Shown here piece by piece: positions 1-7,214 of a DNA stretch of 34,129 bases. A program made the translations under genes and the position numbers. Location: positions 1 through 34,129 of the IMG/VR virus record IMGVR_UViG_3300023275_000007; one strand, given 5' to 3'. Numbering within the stretch: position 1 is the stretch's first letter; each line of letters opens with the position of its first letter. The DNA comes from a virus (lineage: Duplodnaviria; Caudoviricetes). Below the pieces are notes generated by a model. That model searched no databases and had not been told where the DNA came from. It worked only from the letters and a program-made list of their open reading frames with translations.

Positions 1-1
1 C

Positions 2-262
2 CGCAGGGAGATCCTGCGAGACAGTGTAGGCGCGCATTGCCGCCTGACACCTGCCGAACGTCCAACCCGTCGTTGCCATCGCCCAATCCTTGAACTCGCC
101 CAACTTGGAGTTGGACGCGAACAGGGCTTCTCCCGCGAGCAGGTCTCCGCCGATGGCAACGGTTGCGGATGCAACCTGCGCCACGGCATCGGTGACTGAA
201 GCGGTAAGGGTCTTCAACTCCTCGCGGAGAACCGCGAGGGTTGGAGTTTTCGTTGCAGACAT
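2..262 (-). CDS. DUF3102-like helical protein, runs off the left edge
   Basis: Not in the ORF track. ATG at 262 after GAAAGAGAG. Reads MSATKTPTLAVLREELKTL...AIGGDLLAGEALFASNSKLGEFKDWAMATTGWTFGRCQAAMRAY, resembling the IG..L...GEF..W...AQ..M pattern of DUF3102. Confidence 0.6.
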   Translation of the reverse strand, partial: MSATKTPTLAVLREELKTLTASVTDAVAQVASATVAIGGDLLAGEALFASNSKLGEFKDWAMATTGWTFGRCQAAMRAYTVSQDLPA

Positions 263-341
263 CGTTGACTCTCTTTCGTGAGTTGGGATGCCTACTGCCT
301 AGGTTGTCAAGGTGCGAGCGGCTCAACCGAACCGCTCACGC

Positions 342-350
342 AGTGTAGCA
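342..350 (-). promoter_or_regulatory. Extended -10 promoter (TGcTACACT) for leftward genes
   Basis: The - strand reads TG-C-TACACT, followed by a 5' hairpin (about 314-339) and then the RBS and ATG at 262. No consensus -35. Confidence 0.5.
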
Positions 351-353
351 AGA

Positions 354-522
354 CCCGCACTACCCCGCACCCCGCAACCCGCCTACCTGCGCCATCCGCA
401 CCCCGCAACCCCGCATGGCGAGGGGGCAACTTGGGATTCCAAGTTGGTCTTGACACCCGCACCCCTCACCTGCTCGCAGGGGTTGAGGGGTGCGAGGGAT
501 TTGAGGGGTGCGAGGGGTGCGA
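354..522. repeat. Array of short CCCGCA/CGCACCCC repeats that switch orientation
   Basis: CCGCACCCCGCAACCC at 365-380 and 396-411; CCCGCA at 354, 364, 371, 402, 410, 456; reverse-oriented GAGGGGTGCGA at 485, 503, 512; 458-468 pairs with 484-494. Confidence 0.85.
428..445 (+). repeat. 18-bp quasi-palindrome, copy 1 (AACTTGGGATTCCAAGTT)
   Basis: Exact copy in the divergent intergenic region, flanked by C...G. Confidence 0.95.
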
Positions 523-605
523 CGTTGACGAGTGAGGCAACGCCCTCGCACACACCCCCGCCTGCCCGGGCCGAGGGGTCTCCCCCCGCACGCGAGCGCG
601 AGCCC

Positions 606-685
606 CGGAGTCCCGGGGGGTGGTACCTCCAGCACATCGGGCGACCCGCGGAGTCCCTGCGTATATACACCCACGGCGGAGTCCC
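606..685 (+). repeat. Three CGGAGTCCC direct repeats next to a G-run
   Basis: Copies at 606-614, 649-657 and 677-685; the last two extend to GCGGAGTCCCT; GGGGGG at 615-620. Confidence 0.75.
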
Positions 686-703
686 TCCTTTCTCGCGCCC
701 GAC

Positions 704-720
704 GTATATCTCTGATATAC
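704..720. promoter_or_regulatory. Inverted repeat GTATATC-tct-GATATAC, candidate RHH operator
   Basis: Perfect 7-bp arms ending 8 nt before the ATG at 729; related GTATAT sites at 661 and 748. Confidence 0.55.
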
Positions 721-728
721 ACCTAGCC

Positions 729-872
729 ATGAAGAAGGTGCTGCTGCGTATATCACCCGAGGAGTACGACGAGATCCGTGTCTTAGCGGCCAAGGAGGGG
801 AAGAGTGCTTCCCAATGGATCCGCGAGGCGCTGCATCTGGTCGTGATCAGAATGAGGGGGACGGATGCCTGA
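729..872 (+). CDS. Ribbon-helix-helix (CopG/Arc-like) DNA-binding protein, 47 aa
   Basis: MKKVLLRISPEEYDEIRVLAAKEGKSASQWIREAL fits the strand-helix-G.S-helix RHH pattern; 3' part of ORF 312..872. Confidence 0.8.
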   Translation: MKKVLLRISPEEYDEIRVLAAKEGKSASQWIREALHLVVIRMRGTDA

Positions 873-1191
873 CGAGACCATTTGGGACAAGCCCTTGACC
901 GACGACGAGCATCAGGCGTTGCAGGAGCTGGTCGTCCCGGCCAGCGAGCTACTCGATGGAGAGGAGGTGGAGCAGATGGCAGTGATCGTGGTGGAGGATC
1001 TGAAGGTTGGGCGTCCTGCCCCGCCGCTCGAGGAGTACGTCGCCGCTCACGTCGAGGCGTGTCGGATCGCCATGCTGGACGACGGCCTCAAGAACCCCAT
1101 CGTCAACGGAGACGACCGCCTCGCTCGCGCCGAGAAGTACGCACGCTGGCGCTGGCAGGGCTACGTCGACGGCCACGTCAACAGCCTGTGA
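865..1191 (+). CDS. Hypothetical protein, 108 aa
   Basis: GAGGGGG RBS, overlap with the previous gene, high-GC3 codon usage. Confidence 0.8.
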   Translation: MPDETIWDKPLTDDEHQALQELVVPASELLDGEEVEQMAVIVVEDLKVGRPAPPLEEYVAAHVEACRIAMLDDGLKNPIVNGDDRLARAEKYARWRWQGYVDGHVNSL

Positions 1192-1196
1192 GTCAC

Positions 1197-1213
1197 GCGG
1201 GTTCGACTCCCGC
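1197..1213 (+). other. tRNA T-arm-like hairpin (GCGGG-TTCGACT-CCCGC)
   Basis: 5-bp stem with a TTCGA 7-nt loop; no intact anticodon arm upstream. Confidence 0.5.
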
Positions 1214-1355
1214 CCATGCCGCCCGGAGCATGGAGGGCGTCCACGGGGACGAGGCGCAGCAGAGCGTCATCCGGGCACACTGGATCGCCCACAATCAACG
1301 ACTCGACAGTCTCGACCTCGTGAACGAGATCATCTCAACGCTCAAGGAGGACACC

Positions 1356-1559
1356 ATGACCATCGTTGCCCAGCTACAAGCAGCCCAGGCTGACATCCAG
1401 ATCGCCAAGGACGCCCTCGGCGGCGGGACTCCCGAAGCAGCCCGTGAGTTCGCCCTCGCCAACACAGCCATCGAGGACGCGATCATGCGCGTCAACCGTG
1501 CCTTCGCGCACCGCAACGGCACCTTCGCCGTCGCAGACGTTGAGGGCGCGACTCTCTAG
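1356..1559 (+). CDS. Acb2/Tad1-like helical hairpin protein, 67 aa
   Basis: Strong AAGGAGG RBS; REFALANTAIEDAIMRVNR resembles the RE.ALA.T.LEEA.MW.NR motif of Tad1/Acb2-hairpin proteins. Confidence 0.55.
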   Translation: MTIVAQLQAAQADIQIAKDALGGGTPEAAREFALANTAIEDAIMRVNRAFAHRNGTFAVADVEGATL

Positions 1560-1645
1560 CCGACCGTGTTTGTGCCGAAGCAGAAGATCAGGATCAGCGC
1601 GGCAGCGATCAGGGCCAACATCACATCTTGAAAGGTGAGGTTCAT
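1556..1645 (-). CDS. Putative 29-aa single-pass membrane peptide
   Basis: MNLTFQDVMLALIAAALILIFCFGTNTVG*, below the ORF-track cutoff; fills the gap between two + genes exactly; GC3-rich codons. Confidence 0.55.
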   Translation of the reverse strand: MNLTFQDVMLALIAAALILIFCFGTNTVG

Positions 1646-1886
1646 GGGAACAGTGTCACCCGACGACCGGACGGCGAAACGCGACGAGGTCATAGCGAAG
1701 CTGATGGAGTCCCCCAAGGTCTACTTCAAGACGAAGCTCCGCGGCCACCCGATGATCCACATCCGCGACAAGGCGCTCGTGGAGTCCCTCGCTGAGAGAG
1801 GAGCCTCCGTCAACTGGTACACGCGCTCGAGGAATCCTCAGGTGCGTGAGTGCGAGGTCATCCTCGGCCCCGGGTTCATGTCATGA
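1644..1886 (+). CDS. Hypothetical protein, 80 aa
   Basis: AGGTGAGG RBS before ATG 1644; ATGA overlap with the next gene. Confidence 0.75.
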   Translation: MGTVSPDDRTAKRDEVIAKLMESPKVYFKTKLRGHPMIHIRDKALVESLAERGASVNWYTRSRNPQVRECEVILGPGFMS

Positions 1887-2119
1887 GCGAGACCTACATC
1901 GTCTCCACCACAGACGGGAAGAGCTCGGAGTTCCACACCCCCTCTGTCGAGGAGTTCCTCTACTCGCTCGACAAGGCTCTGGCTGATCCGTCAGTCCCTC
2001 TGCCTCACGCCTACATGGACACCCCGGACGGGGTCGAGTGGGCCGTCCACTTCAACCCCGACAACATCACCGCGGTCAGCGTTCCGACTCGTGGGCGATC
2101 CGGCGCCGCTCCCGCCTAG
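1883..2119 (+). CDS. Hypothetical protein, 78 aa
   Basis: ATGA coupling at 1883-1886; MSETYIVSTTDGKS...; 3' end overlaps the convergent gene. Confidence 0.75.
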   Translation: MSETYIVSTTDGKSSEFHTPSVEEFLYSLDKALADPSVPLPHAYMDTPDGVEWAVHFNPDNITAVSVPTRGRSGAAPA

Positions 2120-3833
2120 CCTCCGCCTGCCGCTCCTGCTCCGACATCAGGTTCCACTCCGGGTTACGGGACGCCGCCAGCACCGCTCTCTCCGTGATGT
2201 CAAGCTCGATCCCGCTGCGGTGAAGCTCGTCGGCCCGATCAGCCAGAGCCTGCATCCGAGACTGCGCCCGGGAGTGTTCGGCCGAGCGGCGGTTCTGCGC
2301 CACCTGCGCACGGACGAGGTCGCCACGCTCCTCGCTCGACATCCGGCCCCACTCCTCCTCACCGACTCCTGCTCTCGCTTGACGGGTTGCTTCGTTCGTC
2401 GAGGCGACGAAGTCGACGAACGTCCCAGAGGGGCTGTGCCCCTGAACGTCCTGGGCGGTTCTGGTGATCTCCGTCAGCGACGGGCGGGTGTTCTGACCCA
2501 GCGACAAATCGGCCGGCTCAATCAGGCCCAGGTCGTGCAGGGTCTCCTCCGGCTGGATCCCCTGAGCATGGGCCTGCATCGCGTTCTGCTGCTCGGTGCC
2601 CGAAAGGAAGGAGAAGTCACCGGGGCGCCGGGTCGCCTCGTACTCCCTCCGGGTCTCGTTGCGAAGCTCCTGATAGTCGGCCCATCTGGCGGGGAGGCCG
2701 TCACGGACTCTCTCAGCGGCGTTGATCCGATCCATGTGCGACATCCGGTTCCACTCCTCCGCCGTGTGGTGGGAGGCGGCGGTGTGTTCGTGCGCGAACA
2801 GGGCTCCATGTACGTCCGGGTTCGTCTCGAGACGAGGACGCTGCGGGACGACGATCCCCGATGTCCGTGCCTGCCACTCGCCGGGGTTGCCGATCAGATC
2901 CATCCAGTGCTTCCCCTCCACACCCTTGGCCTCGACCGGGATCTCGAAGTCCGGCTCGTCACCGCCCTCGGGGTGCTTCATGAAGGTCTCGAAGGCCCGG
3001 AGCGAGTTGAGGAAGCCGCGCTTCGAGGAGTGGTTGCGCTGCATCGTGTCCCGAATCCCCTGCGCGTGCATCGCCGCCCTCTCGGGCTGGGTGTCCTTCA
3101 TCTCGAGAACCGCGTTGAAGGAGTCGAGGTTGCGACGGAGCAGCGACAGGGAGGCTCTCACGCTCGCGTCCGTGTAGCGCTTCGGCGCACCCGGCTCGCC
3201 GCGAAGGTTCCCCAGCAGGATCGAGCCAGCGACCTTGACGTTGATCGGGCCTGCGTCAATCGGGATCCCATGCTCTTGGAAGCGGTTGTTGAGCGGGGCC
3301 ATCAGGTCGTGGATGACCTCGTGCGAGATCCCTGGGGCCGTGTGTTCGAGGAAGCTGATGTGCGACTGATCCGGGTACATCGCCACGTCGTTCCTCACGT
3401 CGGCGTGGGGACGGTCAGAGCCGGGAGGGACGTACTGGTAGTGGGGGTAGTCGTCGGAGCCGGTGTTCCTGATCGTGCCGCCGATCTTCGCCTTCCACTC
3501 GGTCGGGAGATCCTCGTGCCTGCGCCCCCAGGGGAAGAGGCCGAAGGGAGCCATCGCCGCCGCGTAGAGGTTGTAGGGCGAGGGCTTCTTCTTGGCGGTG
3601 ACGAAGGGCTCGACCGCGATGCTCGACATCCTCGGCGCGACATCGGTGTTCGGCGCGTCGGAGGCGATCATCCCGGCGAAGCGGTCAACGAAGTCGGCCA
3701 GATCCTTGACGTTCTTCCTGTCCTTCTTCGGGACGATGATGTCTGCCGCCCGGGAAAGAACGTGCCGCTCCTTCTTCTTCAGAGAGTGATCGAGCGTCGA
3801 GTAGTGGTCTCGGATCTCGCTCAGAAGTCCCAT
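2076..3833 (-). CDS. Uncharacterised 585-aa protein with an HExxH motif and W..MS..ER repeats
   Basis: Protein-like composition on the - strand; start MGLLSEIRDH lies 7 nt after TATGAT; HEVIH at 3309-3323. Confidence 0.85.
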   Translation of the reverse strand: MGLLSEIRDHYSTLDHSLKKKERHVLSRAADIIVPKKDRKNVKDLADFVDRFAGMIASDAPNTDVAPRMSSIAVEPFVTAKKKPSPYNLYAAAMAPFGLFPWGRRHEDLPTEWKAKIGGTIRNTGSDDYPHYQYVPPGSDRPHADVRNDVAMYPDQSHISFLEHTAPGISHEVIHDLMAPLNNRFQEHGIPIDAGPINVKVAGSILLGNLRGEPGAPKRYTDASVRASLSLLRRNLDSFNAVLEMKDTQPERAAMHAQGIRDTMQRNHSSKRGFLNSLRAFETFMKHPEGGDEPDFEIPVEAKGVEGKHWMDLIGNPGEWQARTSGIVVPQRPRLETNPDVHGALFAHEHTAASHHTAEEWNRMSHMDRINAAERVRDGLPARWADYQELRNETRREYEATRRPGDFSFLSGTEQQNAMQAHAQGIQPEETLHDLGLIEPADLSLGQNTRPSLTEITRTAQDVQGHSPSGTFVDFVASTNEATRQARAGVGEEEWGRMSSEERGDLVRAQVAQNRRSAEHSRAQSRMQALADRADELHRSGIELDITERAVLAASRNPEWNLMSEQERQAEARRERRRIAHESER

Positions 3834-3840
3834 CCCCACG

Positions 3841-3846
3841 ATCATA
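3841..3846 (-). promoter_or_regulatory. -10 element TATGAT for the leaderless 585-aa gene
   Basis: TATGAT-7 nt-ATG with no Shine-Dalgarno; abuts the AGGAGG RBS of the divergent gene. Confidence 0.6.
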
Positions 3847-3856
3847 GGAGGGTGCC

Positions 3857-4252
3857 ATGTCGACATCGCCAACCCAGAGGACGCTGAGAGAGCTTCGCAA
3901 CCAGGGGCGGGTGTGCGGGATCGTGGAGCGCTACAACTCGTTCGTCGGGCCGCACGGGATCCGGCAGGATCTGTTCGGGATCATCGACATCATCGCGCTC
4001 GATCCTGAGAGAGGCGTCGTCGGGATCCAGTCCTGCGGATCGGACTTCGCCGCCCACGAGCGGAAGATCCTCGAGGAGAGGGCGCAAGAGTCAATCGACT
4101 GGCTCTCGACACCGGGCACCGTCCTCGAGTTGTGGGGCTGGCGCAAGGTGAAGCTGAAGCGGGGAGGGACGGCGATGCGCTGGTCTCCGCGTCTGAGGGA
4201 GTTCACGCTGGCCGACTTCTCTGAGACGATGCAACTTGGAATCCCAAGTTAG
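3857..4252 (+). CDS. PD-(D/E)XK nuclease, Holliday junction resolvase-like
   Basis: SPTQRTL..LR..G...IVE...RQDLFGIIDIIA...GIQ pattern; AGGAGG RBS. Confidence 0.7.
   Translation: MSTSPTQRTLRELRNQGRVCGIVERYNSFVGPHGIRQDLFGIIDIIALDPERGVVGIQSCGSDFAAHERKILEERAQESIDWLSTPGTVLELWGWRKVKLKRGGTAMRWSPRLREFTLADFSETMQLGIPS
4233..4250 (-). repeat. 18-bp quasi-palindrome, copy 2
   Basis: AACTTGGAATCCCAAGTT on +; encodes the resolvase C-terminus (QLGIPS*) and abuts the next RBS. Confidence 0.95.
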
Positions 4253-4261
4253 GAGAGAGAG

Positions 4262-4525
4262 ATGGGCCTCGAAACCGTAACCAGCATCACGATCACCTGC
4301 GACAACCCGGACTGCCCGGGCAACTCGCTCGACCCGGCGAGCCAGTCGGGCTGGATCCAGATCCAGGCATCCGTCGTTCCGCCTGCGCCGGAGGGTGTCG
4401 AGCAGGGCTTCGCCTTCCCGATCATGTCCCCGACGCAGTTCTTCTGCTCCCCGGCCTGCGCTGGCAGCGTCGAGCAGGCGCTCCAGGCCGCCGAGGATGC
4501 GCGTGAGGCAGCGGCGCCTGCCTGA
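4262..4525 (+). CDS. Small Cys4 zinc-finger-like protein, 87 aa
   Basis: CDNPDC...FCSPAC; AGGAG RBS. Confidence 0.75.
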   Translation: MGLETVTSITITCDNPDCPGNSLDPASQSGWIQIQASVVPPAPEGVEQGFAFPIMSPTQFFCSPACAGSVEQALQAAEDAREAAAPA

Positions 4526-5220
4526 TGCCCGACCGGGTTTCCATCGACGCGCAGAACACCCTCCTCAGAGAGGTGAGGGACGTGATGCGCTCCTACGGAA
4601 CCGGGGAGCCGAAAGGAATGACTCTGGGGACGGCGAGGCTCGGTCATGGCTTCGCCGGACAGTGGTGGCCGCAGCGGGGATCCTGGCCGATGAAGATCCC
4701 CTCGCGGCTCAGGATCGCCCCGTTCATGTCAGAGCGGCCGACCTACCAGCAGATCGGCGTCGACGTTCACGAGCTCGGGCACGCAGACCACAACCCGACA
4801 TGGAGAGGCCCGGGTGCAGAGCCTCGCTCGGTGATCGAGCCTCGCGGTGTTGCCTACGAGCAACTGTTCGGCCCGATGGTGATGAAGGCGATGGGGTACA
4901 GCGTGCCCGATGTCTTCTGGACTTCCGATCAGGCGAAGCACGGCTACCTCAAGGAGTTCGGGCAAGCGGCCATCGACAAGCAGAAGGCGTACCTCCGCTC
5001 GCTCTACGGTGCCGCCCTCTACGACCGGGAGGACGTGAACGCCAGGAACCGGAGGATGGACTCGATCAGGGTTCCTCGACGGGTGGAGGAGGACGAGCTG
5101 ATGGGGCCGCTGAAGCAGATGCCACACCGGGCCGCTCCGACCCATGTCGAGATGATGAGTAAGGTCGCTCCGATCAGGGTTCCCGTCAAGACGCAGCGAA
5201 CCTACAACGGACTGCACTAG
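4525..5220 (+). CDS. Putative zinc metallopeptidase (HExxH), 231 aa
   Basis: VHELGHADH (HELGH at 4768-4782) with a downstream IEPRGVAYE; TGATG coupling. Confidence 0.55.
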   Translation: MPDRVSIDAQNTLLREVRDVMRSYGTGEPKGMTLGTARLGHGFAGQWWPQRGSWPMKIPSRLRIAPFMSERPTYQQIGVDVHELGHADHNPTWRGPGAEPRSVIEPRGVAYEQLFGPMVMKAMGYSVPDVFWTSDQAKHGYLKEFGQAAIDKQKAYLRSLYGAALYDREDVNARNRRMDSIRVPRRVEEDELMGPLKQMPHRAAPTHVEMMSKVAPIRVPVKTQRTYNGLH

Positions 5221-5230
5221 GAGGGCCAAC

Positions 5231-6001
5231 GTGGCAACGATCTCGAAGACCGACTTCCCCTACACCGGGCCGTACTCGGTCGAGGGGGACGGCAAGCACA
5301 AGGGCAACACGGCGCTCGCGCTCAAGAGGGCGATGTCGCGCCTGGGCTTCCTCCCCTGGGAGCCGGAGAAGTGGGACAACCTCTTCAACAAGAAGCTCGA
5401 AGGAGCCTTGGACGAATGGGATCCAGGCAAGAACGGGTACGGGACTGGACGCTACGACAAGATCCGCGCAGCGGTCGTCAAGAGTGGATCCCACAAGGGG
5501 GAGCAGGCGCTCGACTCCGTAGCGATCAATCAGGTGCAGACCGAGTACGCCTCCAACCAGGGCAAGAAGGTTCCCGACCTCGGCCCCTTGGAGAAGGGTG
5601 GAGCCTCGCTGCTCGATTTCGCTCTCTCGCACGCGACGAGCGGCATCTCGCTCTACCCCGCCACCGACACGGTCTGGACTCCCGGCTGCACGATCATCGC
5701 CCCGGAGAAGATCGAGATCACCAAAGCCTCCTCCTCGAGTCCCGGCGACGCCTGCTACGCCGAGGGCGTCTCAGGGATCCGCTACTGGTTCGGCCATATG
5801 GTCTCGGCCCCCGGTGTCGGGAAGGTGATCGGTAAGGGGGCGACGGTCGGCAAGGTCGGCCAGTTCTCCGGCTACACGCCGCACCTTCACCTCGGGGTGA
5901 ACGTCGAGAAGCTCTGGGGCTCGGGCAAGCAGTTGAAGCACGGCACGAACTACAGCGTCTCGGGGATCCCCACGATCCGAAAGCAGTTCCAAGACCACTA
6001 G
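5231..6001 (+). CDS. Endolysin: peptidoglycan-binding-like N-terminus plus M23 peptidase
   Basis: H...YPATD, G..IIAP, YWFGH, KG..VGKVG and PHLHLGV motifs; sits next to a membrane-protein gene. Confidence 0.8.
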   Translation: MATISKTDFPYTGPYSVEGDGKHKGNTALALKRAMSRLGFLPWEPEKWDNLFNKKLEGALDEWDPGKNGYGTGRYDKIRAAVVKSGSHKGEQALDSVAINQVQTEYASNQGKKVPDLGPLEKGGASLLDFALSHATSGISLYPATDTVWTPGCTIIAPEKIEITKASSSSPGDACYAEGVSGIRYWFGHMVSAPGVGKVIGKGATVGKVGQFSGYTPHLHLGVNVEKLWGSGKQLKHGTNYSVSGIPTIRKQFQDH

Positions 6002-6026
6002 CCGAGGCACAAGCGATGCTGTCCCC

Positions 6027-6299
6027 ATGCGCCAGCGGGGGACAGAGTGGGTGGCGATCATCATCGCCGTGGGCTTCGTCCTGGGGTTCAACCTGTTCTG
6101 CTTCGCCGTCCTCTACACGGCGATCCAGAACGACGCGCCTCTGTCGGAGAACGCCACCCAGGTGTTGACCGGGTGGGGCGGGGGAATGGTGGGACTGCTG
6201 GGCGGATTCGTCGGCGGAGGCTTCGTCGGCTACAAGACAGCCCGTTCCGACGCTGTCCGATCCCACGGCGATCATCTGAAGGACACCGAGGAGGATTGA
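6027..6299 (+). CDS. Holin-like protein with two transmembrane segments
   Basis: Two hydrophobic stretches and a charged C-terminus, directly after the endolysin. Confidence 0.65.
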   Translation: MRQRGTEWVAIIIAVGFVLGFNLFCFAVLYTAIQNDAPLSENATQVLTGWGGGMVGLLGGFVGGGFVGYKTARSDAVRSHGDHLKDTEED

Positions 6300-6763
6300 T
6301 GATTCCGTACACCGCCACAAAGGAACGCAGCGCCATCCATCGGTGGACGAACACCACCCTGGAACCGAACCGGCGCAACAACATCCTCGCCAAGATCAGC
6401 GCCAACGCGAACGCGCCCGGAGGCTGTCGGCGTCAGAACAACGGTGCTGGCTCGACCCTGCCGAACGGACGGGCCCAGCAGGCGGCGCTTCAGCGGCTCG
6501 CGGGGACGCTCGGCATCTACGTCATCGAGACGAACCCGACTGGCCCTCTCGCGGCCCAGGTCGGCGGCGCGGATGACGCGACGATCTCGGTCGAGGGCGG
6601 AACACCCGCCTCGGTCACCGTCACCGATCCTCTCCACGCTCCCACCGCCGTCACCTGGGCGGCAGGGGGAACGGTCTCCCTGGTCGAGCAGGTAGGGGCC
6701 GGATCGCAGGCCGACCCGATCACCCTCGCCGGGATGAAGCGCTACGAGGTGAAGGCACCGTGA
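6299..6763 (+). CDS. Hypothetical protein, 154 aa, possibly virion-associated
   Basis: GAGGAGG RBS, TGATG coupling; G/A/T-rich sequence starting MIPYTATKERS. Confidence 0.7.
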   Translation: MIPYTATKERSAIHRWTNTTLEPNRRNNILAKISANANAPGGCRRQNNGAGSTLPNGRAQQAALQRLAGTLGIYVIETNPTGPLAAQVGGADDATISVEGGTPASVTVTDPLHAPTAVTWAAGGTVSLVEQVGAGSQADPITLAGMKRYEVKAP

Positions 6764-6990
6764 CCCCCGTCCTCTGCCCCGACTGCGTCGGCAACCAGGG
6801 CCAGCTTGGCGAGCCGTCTCACGCTCGCTGGCGCGGCCCCGACGGGGAGGCGTACTGCTCGATGCACTTCATCCACCGCTTCGGGCACGGCGAGAAGCTC
6901 GTCCCGCTCGAGGGCTACGAGCCTCCGGTCAAGCGAAAGGCTCCGGCGCCGAAGAAGCCTGCGGCGACGAAGAAGGAACAGGTCGCCTGA
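6760..6990 (+). CDS. Small zinc-finger-like protein, 76 aa
   Basis: CPDC...CSMH with a basic tail; GTGA coupling. Confidence 0.7.
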   Translation: MTPVLCPDCVGNQGQLGEPSHARWRGPDGEAYCSMHFIHRFGHGEKLVPLEGYEPPVKRKAPAPKKPAATKKEQVA

Positions 6991-7205
6991 TGCCCTGCGC
7001 CCAGGTTGCGCGGGGGATCAGGCAGGCCGCTCCGCACACCGGGCCTCCGTTCGTAGACGCGACCGACAACAACCCCTGCGGCAAGCCTCACGTCTTGACG
7101 ATCAGGGGAGTCGACGTTTCCGCGGCCTCTCTCTGCATCGGCCACTTCGCGCTCAAGTTCGGCCTCGCCGTCTTCGACGGCCCGGTGATCACGACACGGA
7201 GATAG
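6990..7205 (+). CDS. Small Cys/His protein, 71 aa
   Basis: C...CGKP...LCIGH; TGATG coupling. Confidence 0.65.
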   Translation: MPCAQVARGIRQAAPHTGPPFVDATDNNPCGKPHVLTIRGVDVSAASLCIGHFALKFGLAVFDGPVITTRR

Positions 7206-7214
7206 GCTCTCTGC

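Noticed and set aside
450-478. TTGACA next to copy 1 as a sigma-70 -35 box (also TTGACA on the - strand at 305-310)
   Set aside because: No TANNNT at 16-19 bp spacing in either case.
312-728. N-terminal extension of ORF 312..872 and other ORFs in 90-790
   Set aside because: Low-complexity P/R/A translations of repetitive regulatory DNA; only the RHH part from 729 looks like a protein.
1154-1224. Functional tRNA gene
   Set aside because: About 5 nt too short, no 7-nt anticodon loop, no CCA, and it overlaps a CDS; kept only as a tRNA-like finding.
2091-3887. 598-aa + strand ORF mirroring the - strand gene
   Set aside because: L/V/G/R-rich composition typical of an antisense shadow of a high-GC3 gene; the - strand frame has natural composition and a promoter.
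428-4250. Oppositely oriented copies 1 and 2 as ends of an invertible segment
   Set aside because: Most enclosed genes keep the + orientation, no recombinase is visible, and orientation changes do not coincide with the sites.
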